Source: Raillietiella orientalis (taxonomy: Eukaryota). From it: 64,000 bases of DNA. Below the pieces are notes generated by a model. That model searched no databases, had not been told where the DNA came from, and was given only the letters and a program-made list of their open reading frames with translations. A program made the translations under genes and the position numbers. The stretch spans positions 3,782,001-3,846,000 of the forward strand of contig JAYWIR010000001.1 in NCBI GenBank assembly GCA_036172245.1. The letters are read 5' to 3'. This document shows, one piece after another, positions 13,560 through 27,574 of the stretch. Position 1 is the first letter of the stretch. Every line of letters starts with the position of its first letter.

Positions 13560-15800
13560 GGGAAGCAAACGGATTAGGCAGGAGCAGTGAAGAGGAACCT
13601 GTCCTCTCCCTGCCAACATGCATCGGAACGGTCACAAAAGAAGCCATGACAGCATCTATTCAAGGTTGCCTGGCAACCTCCTTTCCCTCTCGCGTGCAAG
13701 CCTGCCGGTAACGATTTGTGCCGCAGCCTTCCCACCTTCCTCGAACATTGGAGGAGCCTCGCCTGGGAGAATCGTCTCGTGGACTCACCCAACTGGGGGG
13801 AATGCTCTTCCTGATGTGCAACACATGATAACCTCCTTCCTGACTCCGACCGTAGTAACGCGTTCCGTACGCCCCAGCCCTATAAGCGAGAACAGAACTC
13901 AGGTGAACTCCGGCAACCACGGCGCCTGGGCTCGTGGGCATCGCAGATTCTGCTCTTTCCGCGCCTTCATTCCCTGCGCGTCGAGAGTCCCGGTGATGCG
14001 CTTTGACTTCCGTCCTTCACCCGGGATAAGGAAGGAGGACGTTGCGCGTGCTCCCTGTCTTCGGCACTACTTCGAGTTGGTGTTTAGGACACTCAAGGAG
14101 AGACTCGGGTCAACCCACCGAGCTCGGCCCTTGCACGCCGACCTTTCCAGCCAGTTCACGAGGATGATGACCTGCTGCTCGAGTGCACACCGCATGTCTC
14201 TCGAGGCGTTGTTCAAGATTATCCGCCCGAGGGGGGAGACAACACGTGTGCCAGCAAGACGAAGTTCATGGCCGTCCCGACGGGAGCGCAGTGGGAGGGG
14301 AATCCACATCCACCTCCACGGTCAGGTACTTCAAGTACCTCAGCCTTTCGAGGGGCGACTCACGAGCCGCAGTAGCGTGGTCCGGAAGGCTCCCCCACCC
14401 GGTCGTGCCGAAGCAGTGCAGAAGCGTTCCCCGACTACTCCCACGAACTTGGGTTTTCCCACGGAATACGCGCCCGTGACTTATTTGCAGTTTTCGCGCG
14501 CATTGGTTGATCGACAGGGAGCTGTCCTACATTCCCAGCTGGAGACATCGAGCGGTTCCTTGTCCAGCCCATGAAAGTGTAGTCACCTCCCTGTGGCAGA
14601 CCGCCATTAAGAGTGACAATGTCCCTGGGGCGAAAGACATAGAGGGGAGCCCCCTGGTGGAGGTGGTCTCCTCGGCCGGCACAGATGACAAGATTCACTT
14701 GGAGTCAAGCGTCCACTTTGTCCTAGGGCAAAACCCAGCCCTTAGGTACCAGTTTGGTCACATGACACCCTTGTGAACGCAGAACGTTGGGAGACACCAG
14801 CGTCCCCGAGCGCGGACTCTGGCTCCTTCCAAGAGCTCACGATGCCCGGTAGCGGGAAAGTGGAGGATCTGCGTAGCAGAAACACAGCGTCGATCCATCA
14901 GCCACCGAAGTTGCCAACCCGCGTTGAGAAGATGAGGGATTCTTCGCCACTACTAAAACCCTACGAGCAACAGTCGATGACCTCAAAGGCATCTCTGCTG
15001 ACATGTCCAAGGACGCGACTGTCAAAGTTGGGCCCTGCGCATGCAATGTGGCGCCAACGAGCTCAACACCCTTCTCTCCAAGAGCCCAGTGGGCTGACCG
15101 GAGGGTGAACAGCCGTGACGAATAGGTCGGCACCCCACAGCACCCACAGCATCGACGAAAAAATCGTCGCAGCGCGGTGCACGAGCAAACCACAAGGTTT
15201 CTGCGGAGTTTGAGAGTTCACGCGACATCCGAACATCAGGTGCACGCTCTATGATCAGCTGATGGAACGAATGCAGGCCGTACTGCTCACATAAAGGGTG
15301 CACGGAAAGCGTGCACACACAGCATAGGGGAAAATGCGGGGACGAAGAGTAGCTAGCCGAGGACGGCAGTAGACGCCGGGGAGCGCAGTTGCCGCATCCG
15401 GCGCATCCGTGGAACGGAACGACGCTTGGCAAGCGCGTCCTCCGAAGCCGGAAATAGCGAACTCCGGAAGCCGGAAGCCCAAAGACGGAAACCCTCTTGA
15501 AGCGGCAACGCGCTTGAAGGAAGCAGCGGTGATCCAGGTGGCCCCGAGTGACGAAAGCGCGCAGGTTGCGAGCAGAGAGAAAGCGACTGAGGCCATCCCG
15601 CCCACGCGCCACTCCCCCACAGCCGTCCGAACGCGAGCCGGAGAGCGGCGACGCAGGGAAATAGCAAAGGTGCGCCGCAACGAGCCCTGGGGCAAGTTGG
15701 TCCTCGGCGAGGAAGCTGCGTCGGGAAACGTCAGTCCTACCGACGCAACGCTGCAGGGAGCACCTGCAGCCCACCTTGCCGACTCCTCGGAGGGTGTCCT
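13560..15800 (-). mobile_element. Decayed Tx1/L1-type element: ORF1 zinc knuckles plus AP endonuclease
   Basis: CAGCG, CCVCTLSVHP and KPCGLLVHRA knuckles, then RDIVTLNGGL, CLQ and HELRLAGTRVVSP...QVIILVNW endonuclease remnants. Confidence 0.55.
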
Positions 15801-15949
15801 TGGCTACGGATCCACCCTCCTTCCCGACGACCTTCCCGCCGCGAGGAGAGGCAGGGAATCCAGCACTATCCCAAGCGCAATGGGAGGGTCAGTCAGTCCC
15901 GGTGCGCACAACGCGTGAGGCTGCCCAGAAGACCGGCCGGCGGCCCGTG

Positions 15950-18170
15950 GAACGGTGCGAGGAGTCGCGCGGAAATTTTCACCTCATTCCTTTTCAAAAG
16001 GTGCGCGGGACATCCGCGCAGATCACCGGTAGGTCACCGGAGGTCGAACGATCCTCGAGGGGAAAACCGTCGGTGGGGAAATGAAGGACTTCGCACACAC
16101 GGGATGTCGCATCTTCCACGAGACGCACACAGGGCGGCTCGCTATTCAGAGGTCCGACCCCATCGACCTTGCGGTGGCAAACGCCTACGTTCCCTGTAAT
16201 CCCCTACCCCTCCTAAGCAGGGAAGACTTTCTGGAGGCCCTGGAGCGAGGCCGACTGTGGCCAACGCACGCCGGGGCGGCGCATATCGTGGCAGCGGCCT
16301 TGAACATCCGCCTGCTCCCTGACGACTCCCGCTCGAAAGCCAACGGGATGTGTGCCGCGGTGCGCACCGCGAACCTGCGCGCAGACGAGCCCGCGATGCC
16401 TGACTCTATCGACCATGTGCCCCTCGAGTGCGAGCTTTGTTCGGGGGCGGGATGACGAGGGCGAACGCAGTCTGCCTTGGCATGTCATCCCTGGATCGAG
16501 TTTGATCTGGGTCCTCCAGGAAAGGGCTAGGAGATGGAGATCTGAAGAATGTCCGGAGGCGGAATCAGCCATTAGGAAGTCCGGGAAGAACCCGGGAACT
16601 TCCTGGAAGCCTGCATCATCAGCACAGGAAGAGGTTGGAATTGGTTTGATGATTCCGTGCGTCTCTTCTGCCGACGCTGTGCTTCGCTCTTTCTGCCGTC
16701 AGGTTGTGCTGAAGGACCGGAGAGCAGAGAAGCCTTCCTGCAAGCCCGCGTTCCAGGAAAGCGATCGCGTGTCGGACGTTGGCAGGAAGTGGAACCCGGC
16801 GATTGGGCACGGCACATCTGCCCAACGCCGTGGCCAGGCGTGCACTTTGCCACAGCACGTGCTCCCGGGCAGTGCGCCACGAATCCCGCCTGTACTAGAT
16901 GGGCGCTCCTCACTCGGACCGTTCGACAAACCTCCTCGAGGTCATCGCGCGCAGGCCGTCGGAGGAGGCTTCCTGCTGGGTGAACGAGCGCTCTCCACAA
17001 TCAGTGAGACGGTGACCTCTATCGAAGGGCGCAGGACATGAACTGCACCGGGCGCTAATCGGTTGGCTGTCTTCGAAGCTTTCATGCCTCTTTGCGGAAG
17101 AACTAGTACTCTTAATCCTGAACTACGGAGAGGCAGGCCAGGTGCCAGCCTCCTCGAAAGCATCCAGTCTTCTCTCCGGAAAGTGTAGTGCCGTGAACGC
17201 AGCTGCGTGTCCGTGTTGGGGAGAATGCGGACGTCAGATGCTGTTCACGGTTCGTAGTGCGCGACTCAGACAAGCAATGAGATCCTCAGCGAGTTCGGAA
17301 GATACCTCCTCGGTCCCGGAAGGAAGTTCTGTTGGCAAGCTGCTCGGTCGCCTCCCAAGAGACCGTAATGCTGTTGGGAGGGGTTTGCGCGGAGCGGCAC
17401 GCAAGAACGGAGCACTCAATGTTGCGGTCGACAGGAGCTGCCTCTCTGACCGCTGGAACGACTGAGACTACCGACCAACCTCTTCAGCTACCTGCTCTAG
17501 TGGCGCGAAGAGTCGTAGCTAGCCTGCTCTCCGAAGACGCGGACGTCAGCAGGGGAATTCGGAGGGGGGGACAGCTTGCTCCCGACACCCTTCAGTTTTT
17601 GGAATCGATGCCGGACGCGTACCGACGCACTCGAGCCCATGGAACTCCAACGCCACTGCTGGCCTAGCGGCCCTATTGTGCGGACTTGCTCCTCCTGTCT
17701 CCTGCGCGGACCCTAGCAACGAAGTGTTTTTGGAGCTCACTGTTAGGGATGTGGAGGTCGGATGAGCGAGACAAAGCCGGAAACTGTGAGATTTGGTTCT
17801 TCGATGGATGGGTACTGTCCTTTCGTGGGAGTTCTTGTGAGCGGGTCGTTCACTTGCGTGGGTTCGTTCTTCTCGAGGGGCGTGTGCAGCGCCTGAGCGG
17901 AAAAGGTGCGACGTTCCCTTTGACGACAGGGAAGTGCTGCTCTCCGAGAGGGCGATCGGGTGGAACGTCTTGGTCGAGGCGCTTTCGCGGTCCCTTTCTG
18001 TTATCGTTCCAGGGGGCTGTCGGATGCGCCGTCAGTTGTCTGATTTAGCTAGGCAAGCCATGTGATGTGCCGCGAGATCACAGATATGTCTGAAGATTCT
18101 GGTCCCTCGTTGGCTAGGGTGTGGGTCGGGACTTGATCTTCAAGGGAAGAGTTCAGACGCAGGCGTCGTT
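15950..18170 (+). mobile_element. Decayed Tx1/L1-type ORF2 (AP endonuclease plus RT)
   Basis: GRLAIQ...VANAYVPCN...REDFLEALE...HIVAAALN (APE); VPEGS...PRD, NVAVDRSCLSDRW, VSRGIRRGGQLAP (RT motifs). Confidence 0.65.
17298..18168. repeat. Arm A of a ~0.87 kb near-identical inverted duplication (partner 30204-31074)
   Basis: Identical mirrored ORFs at position 48372 minus x; ends checked. Confidence 0.95.
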
Positions 18171-18599
18171 TCGGAACTGTATAGTCATGTTCAGCCTAAG
18201 GATTCAAACATCAAAAAGGGTTAATCCTAAAGTGCTGAAAGAGTGCGGTCTGGACGCGATCTTCTAACACAGCTGGAAAAAAAGTTACTGACATCTCCGT
18301 CACCAGAATGCTATGGAACTGAATAACGCGCAATGGGTCTTTTGTTCATCATCGCGCTGGATGGCGGACATCACAGCTCACGTGGATCCTCATGGAAGAA
18401 ACCACCTTGGCCCAACACTGGCACCATTGACCAATTGAAAGAAATTCTCTTAGGTGAAATCCTTTGCAGCACTAATGAGACAACAAGAGATAATCACACG
18501 ATCAAATGATGCTATGGAAACCATAATTGAGCGTGAGGAAGATTATCCTGAACCATCGAAAATAATCCACGGCATTGTTGATGATTCCAAACGCAAACT

Positions 18600-21430
18600 A
18601 AATTGAAAAACGATGCCGAATGCCCAAAGTCTATTCCCAGAGACCACAAAATCACGACATTCGTGCAAACCCGAATATCAATTCAAGAGTACTCAAATTG
18701 CCGGAGGCGATGTCAACGCTGCGATCGATCACGTGGTTTCCACGCGAGCTTGCCGAGAGCTTCCAGAAGTCCTCTCCTTCCTCGTCCCCTCGTCGCTTGC
18801 AGCGCGCAGAAATCGACAGCACCGCTGCGTGCCCGTTTCAGGAGGCGGCTGCGCGCTCCCAGCGAGTCCAGTCTTCCCGAGCGCTCGAGCAGCTCGAAGA
18901 GCGGGAAACCGATGCGGCTGCGGCAACGCGGCTTTAGCGTTGCGGAAGATCATTCCTGGGTCACTCTGCAGGATGCATGGAAAGCAGCGCTCCAAGTCGT
19001 TTGCCGTTTAGCCTCCGTTCACGAAATCGATGCTCCACGTGGCCCACCGATTGCCAAGGATGGTCGAGAGAGCGGGAACACTGCGGAATGCAGTCTTCCC
19101 AATAGGTTGGAACGTGGATCTTCGGGGCTTCGGTCAGGGAACGTCGAAAAGGTGAGGATCCGTGGAAAAAGGAGGAGGACTTTTCCCGAAGAACCACAGC
19201 GCGAGGGTGGGTGATTCGCATACGAGCTGGAGGACGCCAAGAACGGGACGTCCACCGACCGCTCCGAGCCATGCAGCGGACGCCTCATCGCAATTCTCGT
19301 GCTTCCGGGGGGACAAGGGCGTCGTCACCATCAGCAACCATTCTTTCCGCAAGAATTCCTCCTGAAGGGGTGGATCCTACAGAAAACGCGCTACCCGTAG
19401 GCAATCCGTTCGCACGGGGAAAAGATCGAATTCTGTCAGAGTCCCAGCGTGGACAAATGTCGCCGATATGCGAGACGGAACGCGAGGGCCCGCAAAGAAT
19501 AAAAGACGCGCACCTTCCTGGAAGCCGAGGAGGACGAGCATGCGTTCGGTGTTTCCCTGCGGTGCCACCTGACGACCGCATCCGACCCGAGCGACCGGCT
19601 CGCGGCAGCCGCTACGAGGTGGGGAGGCGTGCGCTCGCTTGAGCGACACTCCTTCTGCCGCCCGCAGGCGCTTTCCGAACGGCTTCGCAAGACTTCCGGA
19701 AGATCTTTCCGGCGTCCTTTGTTGCTAACGCCTTCCTCAAGCGTCCGGTCCAGACACGCGAGCGAGATACCGGCGTTGGGATCGGGAACGAAGGCGACAC
19801 CGGGATTCAGCGAGCGGAGCGTCCCGCTGAATGTCAACACGCAAGCGAGGACCATTCCATCAGCTCGTAATTCTTCAAAATTTGGTTGCCAAGGAGAGCA
19901 AACAAGGATCATTCTTCCCGGAGATAAGGCCGCTTCCATTCCGGAAGAAAAATTTCCGGTGTTTTCGCTTTGCACTGGAATTATCAGACGAAAAAACAGG
20001 CGAACAGACGCGCGAAATCCTGAAGGATGAGCGCTCCCGGCAAGAACGCCACCACACAGCGCATCCGGGCTGCACGGAAGCAGACCAAGGAAATGCACGT
20101 GCGACTCTTTTCCAGAAGGAGAGGGGAAGGATCTCCGAATCCTTGCACAGAGATGCACACAATCCGGGTAGGAAACGCTGCGCTTCCTCGCGTTCTTCGG
20201 TACCGCGGCTGGATGCGGACCGGCAAGACACGTCCACGGAAATGCCGTGCACCCGAGCATGCCTCGACGCGGAAGGCAGCTTGAAACGAAGGGGAAGTTG
20301 GTTCCCGCCTGTCCCGATGACACGGCGGCACGACTGCCGACGGAGACCGGGTCAAAGAAGTCCAACCGCATCGGAGGCAAACTGGAGCGCGCGCGCCGTC
20401 TGCCGATTGGCGGCATGCGACTTTCGGGCCGTTTTCAGGTAAGCCGATCCTGCAAGGCGCAGGAGTCCAAGGGGTGCGAATCGGGTGGACCTCTCGTGGA
20501 ATGCTGTCTACGATGCCGCCAGACAGGCGCTCCTTCGGATCGGACGCACCCGAGCGGGGCGGTCGCACCGGGAGAAGCAGCGCAAACTCTTGGGTGCCTC
20601 CCGTCAGGAGTCCAAGGCAGCCGGTGACTGCGTTCCTGCAGGGGCACGAAGCGGACGCGACCGAGGAAGGGATGGTGGACGCGCGGTTTCGAGAAAGCAG
20701 CGCCAGGGGCGCTTGCGACTGCCTGGGCACGAAGTCGTACAAGTCGATCATCCGGAAGGAGTCCACCGTTTGTGCTCAGTCCGCGCTTGTGGGGCGCTGC
20801 ATGCGGACACTGCACACGCCCGCGAGCGGCAGCCCACCCGCACGCGTTGGCACGCAGACCGGCCAACGCGTGCCAGCCTTCTCCCGTCGCGGAAAGCCTC
20901 CCGTTCGTGGCAAGACCCTTCCGCGCTCATGCCCGCCACCACGGAAGACAGTTCAGTTTCTCGAACGTCCCCGTCGGGGGGCTCAAGACCTGTCCCCTCT
21001 CCTTTCACATTTGTGGGCTCCCCACGTCCGCGAGAGGCTGCACAAGTCGCGCGTCTCTTCTCGGCCGCACGTGTGCCGCCACCCGATCGCCACGACGAGG
21101 GCGACGTCGCTCCACACCGCTCGCAGCTCGCGTGGTCTCCATCCGACCAGGTGACCGCACCTTGCACTCATCTCGGCGCGATGCTGCGTGCGGAGAGACC
21201 TTCTTCTTCTTCTTCTCCCCGTCCCGCTCCGAGAATCGCCTTGGCGACGGTCGACGCGGAAGGCCGCGCTCAGCTGCAGCGTGGGGGCTGCTGGCTTTCG
21301 CGACGTCGCCCTCGCCGGAACGAGTGGTCTCCGCAGCCTTCCTGCCTTTCCCGTCTTTTGGAGGCAGTCCTGCTTCTCCGCACCGTCTTCTCTTCTCTGC
21401 GAAACACCGTGAGCTCGTCTTCCTACTAGC
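18600..21430 (+). mobile_element. Decayed, near full-length R2-type element (mirror of 4470-7300)
   Basis: Same motifs as the 4470-7640 copy, on the plus strand. Confidence 0.6.
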
Positions 21431-23821
21431 AGGTCGCCAGTAAAAGCTCCTGCGGAAGTGGCGCAGAATCTCTCGAGGAAGGCAGCGACAGGCGTTCCTT
21501 GTTCTTCGGTTGAGGCGCAGAAGCCGAATCTCTTCGAATCCGAGGTTCATTCAGGGGACTCAAGGAAGCATGGAGAAACTGCAAGGAGGGGAGGTGGGAT
21601 TTTACTCACCTGCGCAGCTTCGGTGCTGTTTGCGATTCGGTCGTGCAGGGCGACACGTGTGTCAAATGGGGATGTACGTGGGGAGCGCATGAAATGCAAG
21701 GGACGCCGGTGGCATCCTGGTGAGCAGCAGCAAAGACAGGCAAATTGAAGGGCGAATCAGGAGGAAGAGAGAACGAGTGGACCAACGAAGAAGACAGGAT
21801 AAAGGTTGGGTACCACCGGTTGATATGCTTGGCTTCTGACACCGGGGTCGGGTGAGAGGGGGCGCGGTGGGAAGGAGAAAGTCACCGGTTGACCCCGGCG
21901 CTTCCTCTCGCTCTGCATCTGCCAGCAGCGGTGCGATCCGCCTCTACCTCTACTTCTAGATGAGGGTGAGGCGGTCTTGACTCCCTCGTCGCCATGTGGA
22001 GGTTGAAGCTCCCAGCCGTGCTTCGGTGCCGCCTCCTCTGAGCGGATGCAGCGCAGGATGACCAGTTGACAGGTAACTGTTGAAGGTCGTTACATTAGAA
22101 GCTTCCGGCAGGAGTCACCCGCGAGCAAGAAGGCCGCCTTCACTCGCTTCCACCAGCTGAGAAGAAACTCGCAACTCGGGAAGAGATGCGGGAGAGACTC
22201 CATTCTTTCGCAGGCGGCCGACTTCGGCGACGCGCGTTCCCTGTCGTCCAGTGGTGGGTGGCGGCGTTTGTCTCACGGAAAACCCCTGGAGTATCGAGGA
22301 GGAGTATCGCCGCGTGCTGCCAGATGAGCGGACGGCACGAGACCGTCGAAGAGGATCCTGGAGACCGCTGGTTCATGCAGGGAAATGTCCGGATTGTCTC
22401 TCCATCGGTTCGTGTTGCGAGAGCGGACGCGGGGCGTCGCTGTGTGCGAAGCTTGCAGCTCGGATGAACCGCTTGGGAGGTTTTCAACTTTTTCCGCGAC
22501 GCAGGAATCCTCTCGTCTATCCTGCCGGCCGCTGCCTTTCCGTAGGGAGTGCAGCTCTTCGTCAAGGGAGTGTCGGCAGGGCCGATTCGCAGCAGGTGTT
22601 TGGCATCACGGGTGTTCTCTGTGGAGTTGAGGGCTCTGAACAACAGTTTCTCCCCTCCGGGTTCGAACGCTTGGCCTTCCTCTCCGAGGCAGAGGTTTTC
22701 TCTTGAGAGAGTTGTCTTCTCGCTTGTGTTTCCACGTTGCCGTCGTGCAAGAACGAAAGTTGACCTTCTTTGGCGCTGCTGTTGTTTTTTCCGGTGGTGC
22801 TTCGAGGCCCTTCGAAGACTGGAAGAGGCACGGAAAGTTGTCTGAGCTGCTGAAGACTTCTTGATGAACGAAAATCACCGGTGTCGCATATGCGGCGCTT
22901 AGAGGCTTGCTTCTGTAGCAAACCGCGGTGGGCGCTGTTCCTCCACCTTGTGGCAGCGTGGTTTCCGTCTTGCCTCACCCGTTTCTGCGATCGTCACCTG
23001 TGTGGAAGAGGAGCGACGTCTCTGAAGAGCGACCGTTAGCCTCGGATTGCAAGAGGAGAGCGGGCCCGAACTCCCTTCTGCTCTTGCGCAGCAGGCAGCG
23101 CATCAGCGAGAAGGAATGACCATGGTTCATTTTCGCACGTTTGCCCTCAACAACGAAGCGGTGTGCGGCACGCGTCGAGCGATCCACCGGAAGCGAGTCG
23201 ACTTCGATCGCCTGGATGCGGTCGGCCCGTTCGTCGAACCTCTTCTTCCACACCGACACGGAGGCCGTCGACGGCGACCTTGTCGACAACGAAGTCGCGA
23301 TAAATTGCTGAAGAAGAAGTCTCTGCTCGCTGGTTGGTGTTGCGGCGGCGGCGGACTTGTTGGGCCCATCGAGGTGCGCACCAGCACGCGCATTGACGTA
23401 AGGCGATACTCTTGTCAGTTCTGCAAGGTCGCCGTCCTCCGGAAGAAGGTGTAGGGTAACCTCTGCTGCTTCCGGTGACAGACATTTCGGAAGGTGCGCA
23501 CGCAGAAAGGCACGAAGATCGCCGCCCTGGTGCGCCCGGACGGGCATTCTCCTCGACTGTTTGCAAGCCGCGTGCAAGAAGCAGTCCGACGCTGCCTTTC
23601 TCTTCTTCCTATGGCGTTAGGTTAGCCTTTCTGCAGCTACCTCTGTCGTGATTGACGTAGTGAAGAGCGTTGGTATAGCGGAGGGCAGCGCAACAAGAGG
23701 ATGGAAAGACCGGAGAGGGGCAACGGATGGATCTACGGGTAATTCGGCTTATCAGAGGGAATTGCAGAGAAAGAAAGCGCGGCTTAATCTGGGAGGAGGA
23801 GAAGAGCGGAGACCTGACATT
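18723..23821. repeat. Arm B of the ~5.1 kb inverted duplication
   Basis: Reverse complement of 2078-7176. Confidence 0.97.
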
Positions 23822-26140
23822 TCGAAAGCAACCGAAGATCCTATCCTTGGGATCTTTGTCGTCCTTCCTTTCACAACGCTGTTTGCGGAATGCTCGGTTC
23901 TTCCGATCTTTCTTGAAGCTGTCTGTCTAGAAGTGATCGGTACTTTGGAACGCACCTTTTTTGGAAATGGTAAGCTAAATTATCACGACTTTCGTTGGTC
24001 ACTTGGACTTTCGCGGAACTTTTGTGAGTTTTGTTGCCGCCAGCTGCTCACGTACGACCTTGAGCGTTGAGTGTTCTATCCAGTGTGACTCCAGTGAGAC
24101 CCTACTCCTTTTAGCTGGACATAACTGAAGACCACGAGGCAGCATCCCTTTCTTTCACTGAACTCGTTTTAATTAAGAGTCGACCTGTAGACCAGAGCGC
24201 TCGTCACTTCAATGTAGACGATAACTTTTCAAGGTTAAAGATGAAGCTACAGATGTCATTAAGCTCAAAATCCTTTTTACTGGAAGACTTCCTAAGGTAA
24301 GGGTGTCTTGGAAAAATGCATGGAATATTAAAGATTAAGCTTCAGTCTACGTTGTTCCGGATTAATCGAAGGGTTCCTGCGAACTAATTAGAGATACAGA
24401 GATCAAGCAAAATTGACAGAAGGGACGGGAGAATTCTACGGGTTCTGCGAAACTGTGGCGTGTGTACTCGGTAGATGGAGTGGAAGGGCGCTCCTTCAGA
24501 ATGCTTGGAGCCGAATTACGGTTGAATGAGTCTCTGAAACAAAATATTAAGAGAGTGGGAGGTGAATCGGTCTGCTCTCTAGATCCAACACTGATCACCC
24601 TGAGAAAATGAAAAAGATCCGTGGAATGCAGGAGCCTACTCTCTGGAGATGGATACCATCTCTTATGCTGGCATTGACCGAGAAACTTAGCTATCCACTT
24701 AGCTGTCTTTAGTATCTGTCTGAAAACATTGAAAATTTTTTTCTGGCTAGAGTATCTCACCACGATCTTCGTCTACAAATCTTCAGATAAAGTTGACACG
24801 GAGGTCCATATCTATAACGAACCGAGTGCACAGACTGTGCGCAAAATGCTTGTCGCGAAACCTTCGCGAATACATGGTGAGTAAGAAGACTTCCTATCTG
24901 GAACATGAGGAGCATCCATTCTACGGGGTCGTGGAGAAGAACATTGCTCTTCAAACCGCTTTGAAGAGGGCTAAACTGCGATCCAAGGATTTAGACATTC
25001 AAGGATTTCATGGGTACTGCTCCCAGTTGATGCTGGAGACCTTGCTAGGGTTGACATCAAAGACGTCACCTGAATAGCGGGAGAGCTTTCGGATCTCCTG
25101 TGAGATTGAGTACTCTCTCCACAAAATTCACGAGGACCTATCAGAGAGTCAAGCTAGAGTCCTCTCTATACACTCCCAACATATCGCTGGAACCTCTCCT
25201 CTGGAAGATGAGAGCGTCGTTCAAGCAAGATTCGTTCTCTGCATACGCAGATGATCTCGCCGATGAACAGAAAGATAACCAGAGCAACTAAGCTGCTCAG
25301 GGGAGCTATTAAGGGTAGTCCACCTGTGAATCCTGGGAATTGGCTCACCCTCCACCATGGAACGACTACACCTAGTGGAGCACCGTCAACGGTGTCCCGA
25401 ACCAATCGAGAATCTCTGTAGACGAGGAAGCACAAATATCTCGATAAGCGGTTTGAGATTAATGGGATCGGGTAGTATCCCTTACAAGGAACAGATCGCG
25501 GCTAATCCACAAACCCAATCGACTGTGGGCTTTGCGCTTGGAATGATCAAGATGCTCTGAAAACTTCCATCGATGCAGGACGAGTGCATCTCCACGGGCT
25601 GGTGTACTTCTCAAAGAGGCTGAACATTCGTTGGGAGACAAATCAGAGTGATGGTCAAGCAATGTTTAAATGTCTCGAACAGAGTCATGAACCAGTTTTT
25701 GTAGATGGAGGGTTCCAAGGGATGCCTGGAACTAGGCAAGCCGCATGACGATGCTGATAGCTTTGCTGTAGACAGGCGCTGCGTCCTGCTCCGTCAAGTC
25801 ACCCTCATTGCAGACCTCTCCCATTCCATTTCAGGAGATGTGGTCGAGAAGAAAATTCTAGGTTCACTCTGCGATGGTCCTTGCTGCCTCGCAGCCGTCA
25901 CAGGAATGCGGAAATTCGACTTCCCATCGAGACAGCTGACCTTACTTTCGGAATTCCATCTTCAAATCTCCTGCCACCTACGAACCGGGATGCCTGGAGG
26001 CAGGGGATGGTAGAAAACTGGGCTGCCACCCTGGAAGTGCTCTCGGAAACACTTCGTCATTAGATCTAGCATGATCAGCTTCAGGAAGTTGGAGGGATAT
26101 GTGTAGATTCAGGAACCTACTCTAGAAATGAACAACATCC
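23000..26140 (+). mobile_element. Decayed R2-type non-LTR retrotransposon (zinc finger, RT, CCHC/RLE)
   Basis: YSCQFCK; RSISITNRVHRLCAKCLSRNL...GVVEKNIALQTALKRAKLRSKDLDI; NISLEPLL...SAYADDL; DRRCVLLRQVTL. Confidence 0.75.
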
Positions 26141-27330
26141 CTTATATCGCCATTGATGGACAACTCGTTGTCTGAGAGCTTTCGGTCTCAGCTAACTCGA
26201 TGTCCTGCAGGACTCGATGCGATGGTCCTGGAGCCTTCAAAACCCTTCCCACAGCGCTTGCAGCCCTGAGGGCGACCAACGACAATTGCCAACCAGCAGG
26301 GTGGAGTTCTCCTGAGCCATTGCAGGGCAGACCAAACTCCTGGGCGACTGAACCACTAGCGAGCTGCTGCATTCTTCCAATCCTCGTTCAGGGAAGAAGG
26401 GGCTGCGTTGGTGGAGCGAAATTTCGAGCGTGTCTCCCCTCTGAAGAACTTGTGGTCCCTCTTGTGTGTTTATACACTTTGATACTCTTCTCAAACTGGG
26501 AGCACGATGTGCTACTCTTCTTGCATGGGGAATTTCGATGTGAAACCTGTGTCGACACCTTGTCTTCGGGGAAGTTGCGTCCAGGAACTGTTTAGGGTTG
26601 AACTGCGGGTGTCGAACTGTTTTTGGACTGAGGTGCGGTGGTCTCAAAAAATTGTGGAAGATTCTGTCTTCAGCACTCCTTCGCCGGGAGGACACGCCAA
26701 GGACTCGATTCTTCGCGCGCGGCGGGCACTCTCGGCAGGCACTGTGATCTCCCCATGGCGCTGCATCTGCGCCACTGTCCTGCGGTGTGCTGCAGTCTCG
26801 GACATCCTCACGGCCACCTCTTACACGAGGACGTCTTTCGGAAGAAGCCAAGTTAAGTTGCCAACATTGGGGACCGGTGCCGAGCAAAAAATTGCGGCTG
26901 CAGCCGATGACTTCTCTCCCCTTCCCTCCTTGTTCCTTCTGCCCTAGTAACCGACCCGCGTGTCGGCAAACTCACCACTTGAACTTGTTTTCCTCTTTGC
27001 TTTGCCCCAGCTGCGCTCCTAACTTGTTTGTTCCAAACAAACTCCCCGGCGTCACATGGTGGAAAACTATGCAATGAGGAGCCAGGAAAATGGGCGTCGA
27101 GGGAAGACGTTGTGCAGCACAGAGAGCATGTGGACCCGTCGGAAGAAGACTGACATCCAGCCCGAATGGCTCCAGCTTATAGTTGGAAGACTACTGTTGA
27201 CAGAAGCAGGAGAATAAAGATTGTACACAGTGTGCTTTCGATCCTGTGCATCAAGGCATGGAAAACTCTCATTCGAAAGAACGGAATACACCGAAAGTAA
27301 CGTCCTATGTAGGACAACGTGGTGCATCTT
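26140..27330 (-). mobile_element. Decayed R2-type RT, thumb and CCHC fragment
   Basis: PRRPFSWLL (QGDPLS-like), GEFADTRV (FADD-like), GCKRCGKGFE knuckle; paralog of 42600-44650 and 40131-40480. Confidence 0.55.
26263..26895. repeat. Arm A of a ~0.63 kb near-identical inverted duplication (partner 43525-44159)
   Basis: Mirrored ORFs at position 70422 minus x with identical core translation. Confidence 0.95.
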
Positions 27331-27574
27331 CCCACTTCCTATTCTACCTCAACTGCCTAGTATTTTTTTTTTTTTTAAAAAAAAAAAGGACTGGTAGCTA
27401 CTCCATGAGAGATTGTTATTATTTCCCTAGGATGATGAAAATCCTGTGAGTTCTTACATTTGCTACTTTTCTCCCAGCTTCTGTTCTTTCGGTCTTCCTT
27501 CCTTTTTGGTGCAGCGAGACACTCTTGAACCATTTACTCCGAATTGGGGATCGGAGCGGCTCGAAGAATATGCC

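Noticed and set aside
16925-17000. HDV-like ribozyme core (acc-tcctcga-ggt); a similar motif lies at 17304
   Set aside because: No convincing P1, P2 or J4/2 elements, and it lies inside Tx1 coding remnants rather than at an element 5' end
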